64,000 bases of DNA from Aplysia californica (lineage: Eukaryota): assembly GCF_000002075.1 (NCBI RefSeq), contig NW_004798383.1, positions 55,631 through 119,630 of the forward strand, written 5' to 3'. The position numbers and the translations under genes are program-made. The notes under the pieces were generated by a model. That model was given only the letters and a program-made list of their open reading frames with translations. It was not told the origin of the DNA and did no database searches. Within the stretch, counting starts at the first letter, position 1. Every line of letters starts with the position of its first letter. Of this stretch, positions 40,582 through 54,600 are shown piece after piece.

Positions 40582-43314
40582 CTGAAAAAAAATAGACAAA
40601 AGCAGAAAAAAAGACATTAGAACAGAGTCTCATACACACTGCTTTCAAACAACTTCATTAATCTGTCGTTTTATGCTAGAAAAATTCTGAAATTATGCAA
40701 ACTGAGCCAAAAATGTGAAATGATGCGATTCTGTTAATTTTAACAAAGAATAATAAAGGAAAATAATCAGAAATTATGCAAAAAATGATCAAATTTTGCT
40801 AAATTATGCGGGGTGCATAAAACCATGGGGACAGATTAACACACACAAAAATGAAACAAAACCTGAATCAATTCAATGGTACATACATTTTTAAAAAAGG
40901 AATGCATCTCTAATGTTGACACAGAAACTGTTCTTCAAAATATGTGTGTGTGTGAATTTGGCAAGAAGGCCTAATTATGAAGCAACACTGAAAAAAGAAC
41001 AATTATGCATCCATAAATATGAATGGGAAATTGACACAAGATGAACTATAGTAAAAGGGAGAGGTTATTTTCACCAAAATCTTACTTTGCCTTATAAACT
41101 GCTATTCCCCCTTGGTTGGTTCAAGGTGCCGCTGTGGAGATCCCAGATGCATTATTTCCACCCATCTATTGTTTGTGAACTTCCTCTTGTTTTTTTCACG
41201 AAATAACAATTACTTATATTACTGATAGGACGATCCCCCATTGTCAAGAAGAAAAGTGGTTGTCTTAGACAGGTGGACATCTTGGACGCTGTCATTATTA
41301 TATATATTTTTCTAATGCAATGGACAGGGGGGGGGGGGGGGGGGGGGGGGAGGAGTGGGAAGAGATCCTTTGTACATGACATGTTTGTCTACGACAGGGT
41401 GCTGTTGAGCAAGTTCGACTATTCTTATTTTATTGATGGAACATTCTCCTTTACAATCTCCGTTCACATAAAAAAGTACTCCTCCTAGGGCAGTGCCACT
41501 GACAGTGTCTTTTGGCTATTCCCAAAGGGGGGACATTTCTTGTTCTTATGCGCGGTAGAATTGTAAATGGGCTGATTAAAATATGTCATGCTCATAACTG
41601 TGCCTGAACTACAACAGGGAACTGCTGCTTTTTCTTTCCTAATACTTACTATCGTCATTTTCCTCTACTTCTTTTGTATGTTTTTGTCATACTCTTGAGA
41701 CCCGCTATTTCCGGGATGCCTTGATAGTCGAAGCAGACTTTGTGCAGTTGAAGCTAAAGAGGTGAGCAGAGTAAGTCTGATTCCCTGTAAGGACTTTTCT
41801 GTTGACATCCACCCTTTGGCGCTCGTATGACCTTATGCAGTTGTGAGCGCCGTAAAACTTCTACTACAACTTTTTTTAAAGTACTGTAAACCCTGTTTCA
41901 TACAGGGACTAAATTCTGTTTGTATGCCAGTGTAATGATATGGGACATAATCCAGAATCGACTTCAGTTGCTCGTTCATTATCAGGAGTTGTTTCCCTTC
42001 CATGAGCAGTTCTCACATTGACTCTAGATTCAGGGCTTCTGGGAACATGGGGTCTTGGGTATGTAAAGCTGTGTCTCTTTCTCTCTTTTTGGTCATTTTA
42101 CCGATGTGTAAGTGAACCCTGCCATCCTCACAGAAAGTTACACACAAATATAACCAGTTCACTCAAAAATTAAATGCCCCATTTCATGTGTGCTCCATTC
42201 AAACAAAAGACATTACACAATAAAAATCTGACTAAAACTTGCAGTTACCTCTAGACTGTCTGGTTCAGCAATCACGAGGGGCTGCCCTGAGTCTGAAAGT
42301 TCTCGAATCGAGCGTGTTAGGGGCACTTCACCTGTAGAGTGAAGAGCATAATCAAAATGCAAGTGTGTGAGCATTCTTGAAAGAAAAAATTTCAATCTAC
42401 AAGTACACAAGTAAGGTCCTCAACAAAGAAGAATAAAAAGGACATGTTTGGGAAATGTAAGTGATTTCAAATACTTGCTTGGGCTCGAATAGAACATCTG
42501 ATGGAACATACACTAAAGATGTCAAATGAAGAATAAGCACCTCAAAAGAGAAGAAAGTACAGCTAAATAACATTTAGAAAAACAAAACGAACTCAAAATT
42601 TGAATTCTGAAATTTTTTGTTTCACCATTAATCTCGTATGAGAGTAATTAAGTAACAAAACATGACGAAAACACAGTTCAAGCAGTAGAAATGTAGTTTT
42701 ACGGAAGACTGCCTCTTGCTAAAGGGGCTGACAAAAGAAAGAATGAAAATGTTTTGAAAAAACTCAGTGTGAGTTACATGTTCTCTGAGGCCAGCAATAG
42801 GAAGCTCAAGTACCTTTGTCCTTCAAATAGAACAAAAACAGACCTGATAGCAATGGGGTAGCAGGACAAAATAGAGGCTAAAAGAAACCAGTAAAGACTT
42901 CCTACATCATTCAGTGACATGTGAAAGGTGACATTGGCGGTACTGGACACCCAGTGCTTGTCAGGTATTGGAACTCAATTTCACCAGTACTGCCCAGCAC
43001 TAGTTTGCAGCAGTTTTCTCATAATCATAATATATGTGGTTTTATAGGTGACTGCCAGGTCATGCAGTATTGCACAAAATAGAACAAAAAGAGGCATGAA
43101 AATGAACATGAAGCAAAACGAACGAATAACCCAGGGGTACCTACAAAGCATCAGTGGACAGATCTAAAAAGGATGTGTGTGTGAGTGTGTGGGTGTGTCT
43201 GTGTGTGTGTACAGTGTGCCATTTATGAATCATGAGTGGGGAGAGAGAGATTGAAAGAGAGAAAGAGGGTAAGCAAATGAGAGATACAGAGAGAAGAAAA
43301 GAAAGAGGGGGAAG

Positions 43315-43375
<61 letters not shown>

Positions 43376-45623
43376 GAAGTGAAAGAGAGAGAGAGAGAGG
43401 CACTGAGACTGAGAGAGAAAGAAAGGAGAGGTAAAGACACAGACAGACAGAGACAGAGAGAGAAACGTTGTGCTTACAAACCTAAAATCTCTGTTCCAGT
43501 CTCAGCGGTCAAGTTTTGAGCACCGTGCTGACCAAATATGTGTTCGTGGTGTCCACAAGACGGGCAGACAAACACACTCATGTTTTCAATGACTCCCAGA
43601 TTGGGAATGCCCACTTGAGAGAACATGGTAACAGCGCGATGAGCATCCATCAAAGCCAGATCTTGCGGAGTGGTGACGATGACTGAACCTAGTTGTGAAA
43701 AAAGGTACAATAGTATATAAGATACACTGTAATAGAGGGGGCCGTCCAAAACATAATTTTCTCCTTTTTTGAGTTTAATCATGTATGCTGGGCCCGGCAG
43801 GAATGATCATTTATCAAGTTTCCATGTGATCAACCTTTTAGTTGCCCTGAAAACACTGAAATATCTAAATTTCAAGTTAGAAAATGGTACTGATACAATA
43901 AAAAGGCCATAATTTCTCACAGTTTGAAAGAGATGGACACACAGTTGGCTGTCACACACTTTTCATGTCATTATCCGAAATCAAAGACATCAATCATTCT
44001 TTAAGAAACACCCGAAGAGAACATGGTGATCGTTTTTATTTTATAGCAAAGTCCAAACCGTGAAATTCCTTCAAAAGCACTTTGCAAATACGGGTGGCAG
44101 CACATAAACAGAACATTGTGTTCCGAATAAAAATCTAGATAAATCTCTTAAATTAATTTAAAAACAGAAACTTAAGCTGACTTTTGAATACATTAAAAGA
44201 TTTGATTTCTCATACATCATTACCTGGAAGTGCATTCCCTTACCTGAGACAGGAATATTCTGAGAGATGGACAGCTGGACGTCACCTGTGCCAGGTGGCA
44301 TGTCCACAATGAGGTAATCCAGGGGACCCCAGAGCACCTGCCGTCAGAAAACAAAACATCTTTGTTTGTATTTAAAGAAATCCTGCCCCATCAGGTCCTT
44401 CTACTTTTCAATTTATTATATTCAATCAAAATTGTCCGAGACAGCCTCCCATTCTCAAGGAGAAAAGCCGTTGTCTTAGACAGATAAAAGTGTCCCTGGT
44501 TTTAGTGATGTGCTGGCATCAGAGGTCCAGATGTCTTTTTTTTTTTTCAAAATTTATAAAAATCATTTTTCTCTCCTCTACAGCTGAAACTTTTTGGTTG
44601 TTTTTTTTATCTGACTGATGTGTATCTTTCAAAATGCCAAAAAAAACCCCTACTAATACTGATATGTTATGTTTTTAATTCATCTGTAGGCCTACATAGA
44701 TCTAAAACATGAAAATTCTTGTTGAAAAAGAGCAAAACATGTCCTGAATGGCATTATGGTAACTTGCATAATTTAGAATTTGTCTTGCATAATTTGGCAA
44801 TCTAAATTTGCATAATTCTGCCAGAGAGAGTTTACAGCAACAGAGAGATGTCACTCGTGGCGGTACTCCATAACAACAATGCATTGTTTCGCGTATCGCC
44901 CGGCGCAGGGCGTGAAAACACTTACGCGCGGTAATCGCTGCCACTGCGATGCTCAGGGATGCTGTTATGTCAAAAAAAAATGTAGTGCCGTCTGTTTTAA
45001 TTCACTGGGTTACTAGAGGCCTTTAACAAAGAAGGAAGCCTGTGATTTCTATCTCATATTTTAGGCAACTCCCCTGTCTCCCACGGCCATAAACTGTAAG
45101 ACTTTGGCTTAAGTTAACATATATTCTAATAAACAAATAGATGCAAATACATTACTTCGTCACTATAGATCTGAAAAAAAAAATCACTGTATAATTAAAA
45201 GCATAATCGGTTTAATTTTAACCATAACTACTTTTTCTCCAGTGTCCCCCTGTCCTCTCTCTCGCTCTCTGTCTGTCTGTCTATCTCTCGTTCTCTATCT
45301 CTCTTTTTCACCCCTCTCTCGCTCTGTCTGTCTGTCTGTCTCTCTCTTTCTCTCTCCCTGTCTCTCTCTCTCTCTCCCCTCTCTCGCTGTCTATTTGTCT
45401 GTCTGTTTGTTTGACTGTCTGTCTGCCTGTCTCTGTCTCACTCTCTCTCTCTCCCTGTCTTGCTCTGTCTATCTATCTGTCTGTCGGTCTGTCTCTATCT
45501 GTCTCTTTCTCTCTCCCCCTCTCTGTCTCTCTTTCTCCCCTCCCTCGCTCTGTCTATCTGTCTGTCTGTCAATATGTTTCTCTCTCTCTCTCTCTCTCTA
45601 CCTCTCTCTCTCTCTCTCTCTAT

Positions 45624-45659
<36 letters not shown>

Positions 45660-48600
45660 GGTGCCTTTCCTAAAGGGTTCTCAATCTTATAAATGATTAA
45701 TTACCAAGGGTCGTTTGGGGGAATTCGCATGGCTCCCTGCTTTTGTCCGCCCTATATCATTACAGAGTTACACGTTGAATAAATACTAAAACAAACAACA
45801 ACAAGAAACATTCTTGAAAACGCATGAAGAGTTTGTTGTTACATACTTGCAATTTCAGATCATGGAAAAGCATATGAAGTAATAATGATAGAGCTACCAC
45901 ATAGCGAGTTCCACAGGATCCCCAACCCGTTCCTCCATCCCCCAACCCAACCCCATCCCCCCCCATCCCACAAAAAAAGTATTAATCGGACAAAATAAAC
46001 ATTTTTTAAAAATCATCAGGAGAGAATGCGTCCCTGTTCCGGGCTCTTCCTCTCTACAGCTTTTCTAATGCACCAAGCCCCCTCACCAATGTGAAGTCTT
46101 CTAGCTAGTCCGACTGTTTTTCTCTGCGGCCAACTCTTAGGATTAATTCCAGCCCGCGTCCTCTCGCTTCAACCAGATCCAGTGACTGGTTTTCTCTACT
46201 GTCTCCTGAAGGGAGTTTGTGAGTCTATTATTTTTCTTTGCAGTAAGTCCAGTCACTCTCATGCACTTTAGGACTCTTATAGGAAACCTCGGCATCCAAC
46301 CTGCCTCCTCATATTTTTCAACAAGCTCCTCATATGGTTTTCTTTCCGCTCATGTGCAGCATTGATGTTGTCCTCGTGAGGCACCGTGAGCTCCACTAGG
46401 TGCACCGCTTTCTCTTTTTCTTCACAAGGGCAAATACTGACATACATTTTCTCCATCTAATGTTAAAGGCTGGGGTTGCCATCCTTTTGGGGAGTTGATG
46501 GAAGAAAAATGTTGTTCAATGTGAGGATACATGGTAATGTTGAAGATGATGTTTATTTTGTCTCTTTGAAAATACATCAACCATTCTTGAAGTATGCACG
46601 CTGTGTTGTAATATAAACTATTGCTTTATCACATTGCCCACAAAAAAACACAACAACTTTGTACGTCATCACTAAGTCTTATCTTATTTAATCTCAGGGC
46701 TAGAGAACCGAATTTTGTTTACAGAGTGATTGTTTGTACAGAGTGATAGTTTGTCTTACCTCTCTTAACAGCTTCTGTACCGCTGACATGACCATAAGTC
46801 CTCTCCATACGATAGCCGCTTTCTCATCCACAAGAAAACCCATGGACATGCTGATAAGAAAATGTAATGCCATGCCCATAAAATGATCATAATAGAAATA
46901 CACTTTATTCATCTTGTCTTCTCAGTCAAGCACAAGTATAATTTTTTAGTATGGTAATCAGAACACGAAATGCATAAGTTTCAAATATTAAGAAAATTAA
47001 CAGTGACTTGGTTAAAAAAAGAAGAAAGAAAAAGGATACATACAACAACAAGGTCAAAAGGTTCAATATTTCAATTCCTTCAACTCATAGATCCGACACT
47101 TCTAACGCTACTACAAAACTTTCTTCTATGTTTAAATTGACTCAAAAAAACATGTAGCTATTCAAACTATTCTACATAGTAATATTTCCAACCATTGTGT
47201 ATCCAAGGTGGTTTGAATTTGTAAAAATGTTTTCTAAAGTGTTTTTTTAAGTTAGCCCCTATTAACACAAGTCACACCATTTTAAAGACAGGCTTGGACC
47301 CTGTCTGTCAGGGCTGTCTCAGTCTGAGAGGGATACAACATCCCTATCGAAAAACCAAGATACTCAATTAAAAAAATTCTCCCCTGACGAAATGGAACAC
47401 AGGTCTTCTACAAACGATAGCAAAATGCCTAACCTCCACACCATAAACCGATAAGGTGGTTTGAGTCAGAAATGGACTTAACACCTACACGAGAGCATCT
47501 CTTTGTAGAAAATCCTGATTTGAAGTCTTGAATAAGCTATGAATATTATTTTATTTTAGAAAGTTAAAAATATAGATGCATTACACTCCATTTTGCTACG
47601 CACTGAAAGTATTTGACTCTATGGACCCATCTTAACACATCTTAGCATGGGGCATTTTTACCCTTAAATATGCCAAAACCATGCCTCAGCCTGTGGTTAA
47701 ACAAATAACTAGCAGTCCGCCCTTCTATGGAGCTCAGGTGCAGTGGTCCTGTTGGTTTGGAAGAGGGGTGTCAGGGCTCAAAGGGTTAAAACTCGATATG
47801 AATCCACAAATGTACGACAAATATATCCATACCACTTTATTCCATAGTTGACCAAAGGTATCATGAGTTTTTCTGTAGAAATAAACAGAGAGAAAGTAGA
47901 CCTGATTTACAGTCAGTCAATTGAATTACGGTCTTTAAATAACATTGAAAGCATTAGATACTTGTATTACATCTCGCCAGTTCATACCCTAAACTGTCTT
48001 ATATTATCATTTCATTTAAAAAACCGTTTTGATTAATTTCCATTTCCACGATACAAAAAAAGTATAACAAGACAGACTTGCCAAACTGATCCTAGAATTA
48101 GTAATTTTGTGAATCTTACTCAATTAACTATGATCAAACAGGGTCTTCATAAGTCAACAAGCTTATTATCCCACTTCTGTCATGTATCCATCCAAGTCCC
48201 CTCTGTCTACAGTAAGAGAGAAGGCTACCTGTCTTTAAATAATGTGGTTAGCTGTGTGATTCTCGGGAAAGTAGTCGAGTACGGTAGGCTACCTATTTGA
48301 CATTGAAGAAACCAAGGACAGGCCGAGGCGTGAGCCACGGACTTTTGAAGACTGCGTGAGTAGCGGTCGAGGCGCAGAGCAGAGAGTTGCGACCAGTCAG
48401 TGCAAGTTGGATCGCTACATGAGGTGGGTGTGTGTAGTTAAACCACATGCATGTATAGTTAAACAACAAGCTATTTCGGCGAGGTGCTCATTCTAGAGCC
48501 AGATATTAAGTGCTAGTGATGGCATCGAAAATAACGACGGACATGATCAAGCCTTTCAGTGGCAATAGTGATGTTGTGGCATGGTTGGCTAAGGTTAAAC

Positions 48601-51600
48601 TCGTCGCGGGTTTGAAGAACATTCAGGATCTTGCTAAATTTGTACCGTTGTTCCTGGAGGGTGATGCATTGGCGTTGTACTTACAGCTTAGTGAGCTCGA
48701 AAGATCACAATATGAGACAACTGAGAAGCGTCTTCTAGAGGCATTCACAGACAGCTCATTTGTTGTGTTCAGTAAGTTGACACAGAGGAGGTGGGACGGT
48801 GAGCATGTTGATGTATTCGCAAACGAACTAAGGAGATTGGGAGGATTGGCTGGATTTTCAGGCAGCGAACTGGATAGGCTGGTTAGATTGTCCTTTGTAA
48901 ATGGATTCCCTGACCCGATATCGTGTGAGCTCCAACAGATGAGCCGGGTCTTCGAAGTTGAACTGTCAGAGGTAATAGCAAAAGCTAGAATCCTTACAGC
49001 AAGTAAGACTGGAATGGTCAGCATTGCGGCGGCAGGCGGAGCCATGGCAAACGAAATGGGAAGCCACAGTCAACGTGTGAGGGCATTTAAAGGTTCTTGT
49101 TATCGATGTGGTGGACCACATATGGCTAAGTTTTGTAGTCATCGTGCTGACATTGTTTGCTACCACTGCAATGAAGTTGGGCACATAGCCAGTCGATGCA
49201 GTCAGAGGGGAAACGGTGCCTATCAGAAGAAACAGGAAAACTAGCTTCGGGTGGCTGCTGCGCCGGCAGCTACCCGTTTGAAATAAGGGCGCAATCTTTA
49301 CCGATAATTCAAGTTGGCGTGAAGGGAGCTAAGGTCAAAGCATTGGTAGATACAGGTTGTATGGTCACAGTGGTCAGTTCACAGATAGATGGAAATTGCG
49401 TGGGCGAGAACTATATGGTAGCTTTTGATGGTTCACGAGTGCAGTGTCAGGGGAAGAAAGAGCTAATCATTGACGTGTGAGGTGTCTCGGTCTCCGTAAA
49501 TGCAATTGTCTCAGATTCTATTCTGTCTGATATTGATGTGGTACTGGGAATGGATGCTATAAACAACTTGGGAGGAGTTTCAGTCAACCATGGTACAGTT
49601 GAGTTTGGTGTCAAATGGTGTGGGGCAGCGGAAATAGAAACTGAATCTGATCCCCCAGACCAGGCAAAGGGGAACGTGAAGCGAGCAGAGAGCGCTGTTT
49701 ACGAACACAGGGAGGTTGAGGTTATTGACGACAGTGATTTTAAGGCAGTTTTTGATGGCAATACATGGACAGTAGAGTGGAAATGGAAAAGGGATCCTCC
49801 CCACCTGAAGAATAAGATTGGATGTTATGGTAAACAGATGGATATGAAGACTACAGAAGGGTTTGAGAAAGAGATACAAAGTTGGATAGAGGAAGGAATA
49901 CTTTTACCATGGAATGAGAAAGTAGAAATAGGCATAATTCCGCTGATGGCTGTTGTTCAACCTACCAAGAACAAGGTAAGACCTGTCCTTGACTACAGAG
50001 AGCTCAATAAATATGTAAGTAGTCACACGGGGGGTGACTTCACGGATGTATGCGGCGAGACATTGCGAGAGTGGCGACAGACGACAGATGCAGCAACGAT
50101 TGTCGACCTGAAAGGTGCTTACCTTCAAATTCGGGTGTCACAAGATCTATGGAAATATCAACTAGTGAATTTCAAAGGTAAAACATATTGCCTGAAAAGA
50201 CTTGGATTCGGTCTTACATCGGCACCCCGCATCATGATGAAGATCTTGAAAACGGTATTGAATAAGGATGAGAAGATAGACTCTGCCACGCAGTCCTACA
50301 TTGATGACATTCTGCTGGATGAGAGCAAGGTGACATCTGCTGCACTGGTGAAGCACCTGGCCAACTATGGGTTGACAACGAAAGAACCAGAGCCATTGGA
50401 TGGTGGCGCCGCATTAGGTTTGAAGTTGAAATCTGATTCCACAGGAGATCTCATATTTTCCAGAGCCAACAGGATTCCCCATGCAGTGTCTAAAGTCACC
50501 AAACGGGAGTTGTTCCCGATCTGCGGAAAACTTACAGGTCATTAACCGGTTGCTGGATGGTTAAGGATAGCATGCAGCTACATAAAGAGAAGGGCAAATG
50601 GTACCATTTGGGAGGAGATTGTAAACGATGAAGTGGAGAAAATGTTGAAGGAAATGTTGAGCCGTTTGACTAATGAGGATCCCGTCAAAGGCAAATGGTA
50701 CGTGCCTAGAGCAACCAAAGGAACCACGGTGTGATGCTAGCAGTATCGGATATAGTGTGTTACTTGAGGCCAATGGCAACGCAGTAGAGGATGCTGCATG
50801 GCTTCGGAAACCTTCAGATTTTGATCATATCAACGTAGCAGAGCTGGAGGCTGCGATGAAAGGTGTAAACATGGCCATCAAGTGGAACATCTCTGAAATC
50901 GAAGTTATCACTGACTCAGCAACGGTGGCTGGTTGGATCAAAACTGTTCTATCGGAAGAGAGGAGAGTGCACACCAAAGGGGCAGCGGAGTTGATTGTGA
51001 AGAGACGATTAGGGACATTGAAAAGCCTTATTAATGAGTTTGGCCTGGTTATGTCGGTCACCTTGGTTCCGACCAGAAAGAACAAAGCAGACATTCTGAC
51101 AAGAGTGAAAAAGGAGTGGTTAAGCACTGGCGGGTAAGGAATGGAGGAGGGAGAACCAGAACCATGCGTTTTTGCTACTGGCCATCTTGACTTGAAAGAC
51201 TTGCTCGATATGCACCATATGGGGGTAGACCGTACTTTGTATTTGGCTCGGAAGGTGCAACCAGAAACGAGCCGTGCTGATGTTAAAAAAGTCGCACAAG
51301 CTTGTGAGCAATGTCAGTCTATCGATCCTGCACCAGTTGTCCATGAGGCTGGCAACCTAGATGTCGCTACAGACTGGACAAGATTGGCAATAGACATAAC
51401 TCACCATCATCAAGTGCCCAGGGCAATTCGCAATTTGGAAGAAACTGAAGAGAGAGACAGCAGGGTTTGTGACGGAAGTAGTTAAAGAACTCATGTTTGA
51501 GAGGGGACCAGTGCGCGAGATCTTAATGGATAATGGCACAGTGTTTCATTCAGATTGTTTTTGGCAGATGCTTCAGAAATGGAATATCAAACCATTGTTC

Positions 51601-54600
51601 AGAGCTGCATATAGGCCTACGGGGAACGGGATTGTTGAGAGACACCACCGTACAGTGAAGTCCATTGCAGAAAGAGGAAACATTTCCCCCCAAGAAGCTG
51701 TGTTTTGGTACAACTCAACACCAAAAGCAGGTTTGGACCCAGCATCAGTGCCACAGAGAGCTGTCTACCGTTACGATTGGAGAAACCATATCGTTGTTAA
51801 TGAAGAAGAAGATGGGCAAGGAAGATTTGAAGTTGGAGATGATGTTTGGGTTAAACCACCCCAGAGCAAATGTACGACTAAGTGGAATAGAGGTACGGTT
51901 ACAGGAGTAAACTCGATCAACAATGTTGCTGTCGATGGTATGGCTCGTCACGTTCTCGATGTTAGAAGAGTGGTATGAGATGTAACTTCAGAGGAAGAGG
52001 ATGATGAGGGAGGTGGCGGTGAGCAGCAAACCTTGCAGACCCTGACGAGAAACGAAGGTGCAGGTAAACCCCCTCCCAGGCGGTATCCTGATCGAGTCAG
52101 GAAAACCCCCGGTTGGTTGGTGGACTATGAAACTCAGTAAATGGAGTAATCAAGTGTACAAAGTGTAGATAGCGTTGAACCATGTCCTGTTCGCAAGTTG
52201 AAGAACTTCAGAAAGTTTTTTTTTGTTGTTGTTTATTTTGTTTTGTTTGATCTTGATATCACGGGGGCGTGTGGTTAGCTGTGTAATTCTCGGGAAAGTA
52301 GTCGAGTACGGTAGGCTACCTATTTGACATTGAAGAAACCAAGGACAGGCCGAGGCGTGAGCCACGGACTTTTGAAGACTGCGTGAGTAGCGGTCGAGGC
52401 GCAGAGCAGAGAGTTGCGACCAGTCAGTGCAAGTTGGATCGCTACATGAGGTAGGTGTGTGTAGTTAAACCACATGCATGTATAGTTAAACAACAAATAA
52501 CAAAGTACTAGATGACATTGAGCTGACTTTTTAAAATGTAAACTCAACTCACATGAATCCTCAAGCCGAGCGTTGCACCTATTAGTAATCAATTCAACCC
52601 CCGTCCAACATTTTGAGTAAACTTGTAAACACTAATCTTAGATATCTAAAAAACTTTACAGCAACAAAACCATTCCATGATAAAGCAAAAGAAACATTTT
52701 ATACTTTAAACTCGATCAGGTCTTTTAATAAACGCAACTAGTCCTGGTACTAGCATCATACAATATCTGCGCTCAATTGGGCTAAAACTGTTAATGTGAA
52801 ATCTCTATCAGTCTTACGATGGTTCAATTCTGGCTGGCCAGACAGATTCATAAGGGTTGGAATTGAAGGTCCATATATGTCCGCATCCAGAATCCCAACT
52901 TTGATACCCTGGGGGTAAAAAAAGAGAAGAAAACTTGTAGGGAAGATTTATTTTCATACTTTTCCTTTCTATAAACTCCAGCAATTTATACAACATGAGC
53001 AAAATGATATGATGACTTTGTTCTCACTCCCAATTAAAAAAACCCCAATGAAACATTAGGATTGAGAGAAAGAACATACAAATGGAGAATGACACTTAAG
53101 GGGAGACGTACACTCCCGGAAAAATTTTCTAAACGAATGACTTTTATTCAATTTCATGTAATTGTGCAAGAAGTTCATAGGTAAATAGGATGTACTTGGG
53201 GTGAATTTGTTGAATTTTTCTGAAAAATGGGTTTCTGTGGCAGCCATCTTGAATTTTCAAACCAGTTTCTTAGTGCAGAAGAATGGCATAGTAAATATTG
53301 AATTATCAGCCTGGAATTTGGCACACAAGTACAAACCTATATGAACTGGGGATCTATGAAAGGATTTTGACTTATCTTTAAAACTAAAAAAGCGAGCCCA
53401 AAGTCATTGGACCCCCTAGAGTCAGTTGACGAAATTTTTGGGTACATATTACGAAAAATTTGAATAATTCCTGAAGTTACCAATATTTCCAAATTCCCTT
53501 ACATAGATCCCCAGAATCGATCTTAAAGCACCTGTACACCAAATTTGAAGCTTCTAGCTCCTGTAGTGTTTTTTCAACAGTTTTTTTTCATTTTGACTCG
53601 ATAGAACAGATGTCAAAGGATGTTTTTCCGCAAAAAACAAAAGTTGGATAGTTTGAAAAATTGTATCGATATTGCCTTGGATTGCCGACCCGGCGACCCT
53701 TAAGCTTGAAAAATAATGAAATCAAGGGACTTCATTTAAAACAATAGATTGGGAAAAACATACTATATATATTCATAATGATGTTCAATACCATGCATCA
53801 AAGGTTAAATTATTTTTATTTCATAATCTTGATAAAATGTTTGAACTTCTGAAAACACAAGAATTTCATATTTACTTCAAAACGAAAGAATATAACTTCA
53901 CACAAACATCTTACTTGCTGAGCTTGAGACAAGGCAACTGCCAAATTAACTGGGGGGAAAGATCAATATAGAATAAAGACTAGACATCATGATTATAAAA
54001 AAAAGTGAACATTAGCAAATCAAGAGTCCTCTATTATTTCTAATAATATATATAGACTATATAATGTTGAACCTGCTCTAATGACCATCTGCCCAAGACA
54101 ATCACCTGTCCAAATGATCACTCCCCCCACTCCCCCTTGCTTTTTTTCTATCATAATGACACTCCCCAAGTACTCCAAGAGAATCGACTGCCTAAGACCA
54201 CCACTTTTCTCCTTAACAATGGGTAGTCATCTTCGACAGTTTCGATTTAATGTCCATAATGTAACTGATATTGCATTCATTTTTAATCACACATATTAAA
54301 GTACCCTGAAATGGTAGAAGCTTTTGCATGATAATTTTCCATCCAATACGTTTATTTTTATCATTCTATGGACATAAATAAAAACCTTTAGAGCGGTCTA
54401 TTTTCTTGTCATAAAAATCATCAACAATACTATTTCATTCCCCTTCTTAACTTCTAAGAAGCATTAGCCTTATTCAACATAAACTAGTAAGAGTCTCTCA
54501 ATTCTCAAGCAAATCTCAGAACTACTTGCTTCATATGAGAAAGCAAAGTGTAATGTCTTTAGAAGTAACCCATTGACACAGTAAACACTTTCTGAGCTGA

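Larger units (their letters stand above)
48243..52495 (+). mobile_element. Full-length LTR retrotransposon (gag-PR-RT-RH-INT order, Ty3/Gypsy-like) in NUBPL intron 4, antisense to the host gene; pol decayed
   Basis: LTRs 48243..48468 and 52270..52495 (TG...CA). TSD AATAA at 48238-42 and 52496-500. Gag with two CCHC knuckles; protease LVDTG; [12 protein letters not shown] and YIDD; RNase H DAS, AELEA, TDS, NKAD; integrase with zinc-finger remnant (H..CEQC) and D-D-E ([14 protein letters not shown]). Confidence 0.95.

Noticed and set aside
43141-45696. Ser/Leu- or Arg/Glu-repeat ORFs
   Set aside because: Translations of GA/CT microsatellites
48623-51951. Antisense ORFs inside the LTR element
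   Set aside because: Shadow frames of gag/pol with no motifs; no env-like ORF was found
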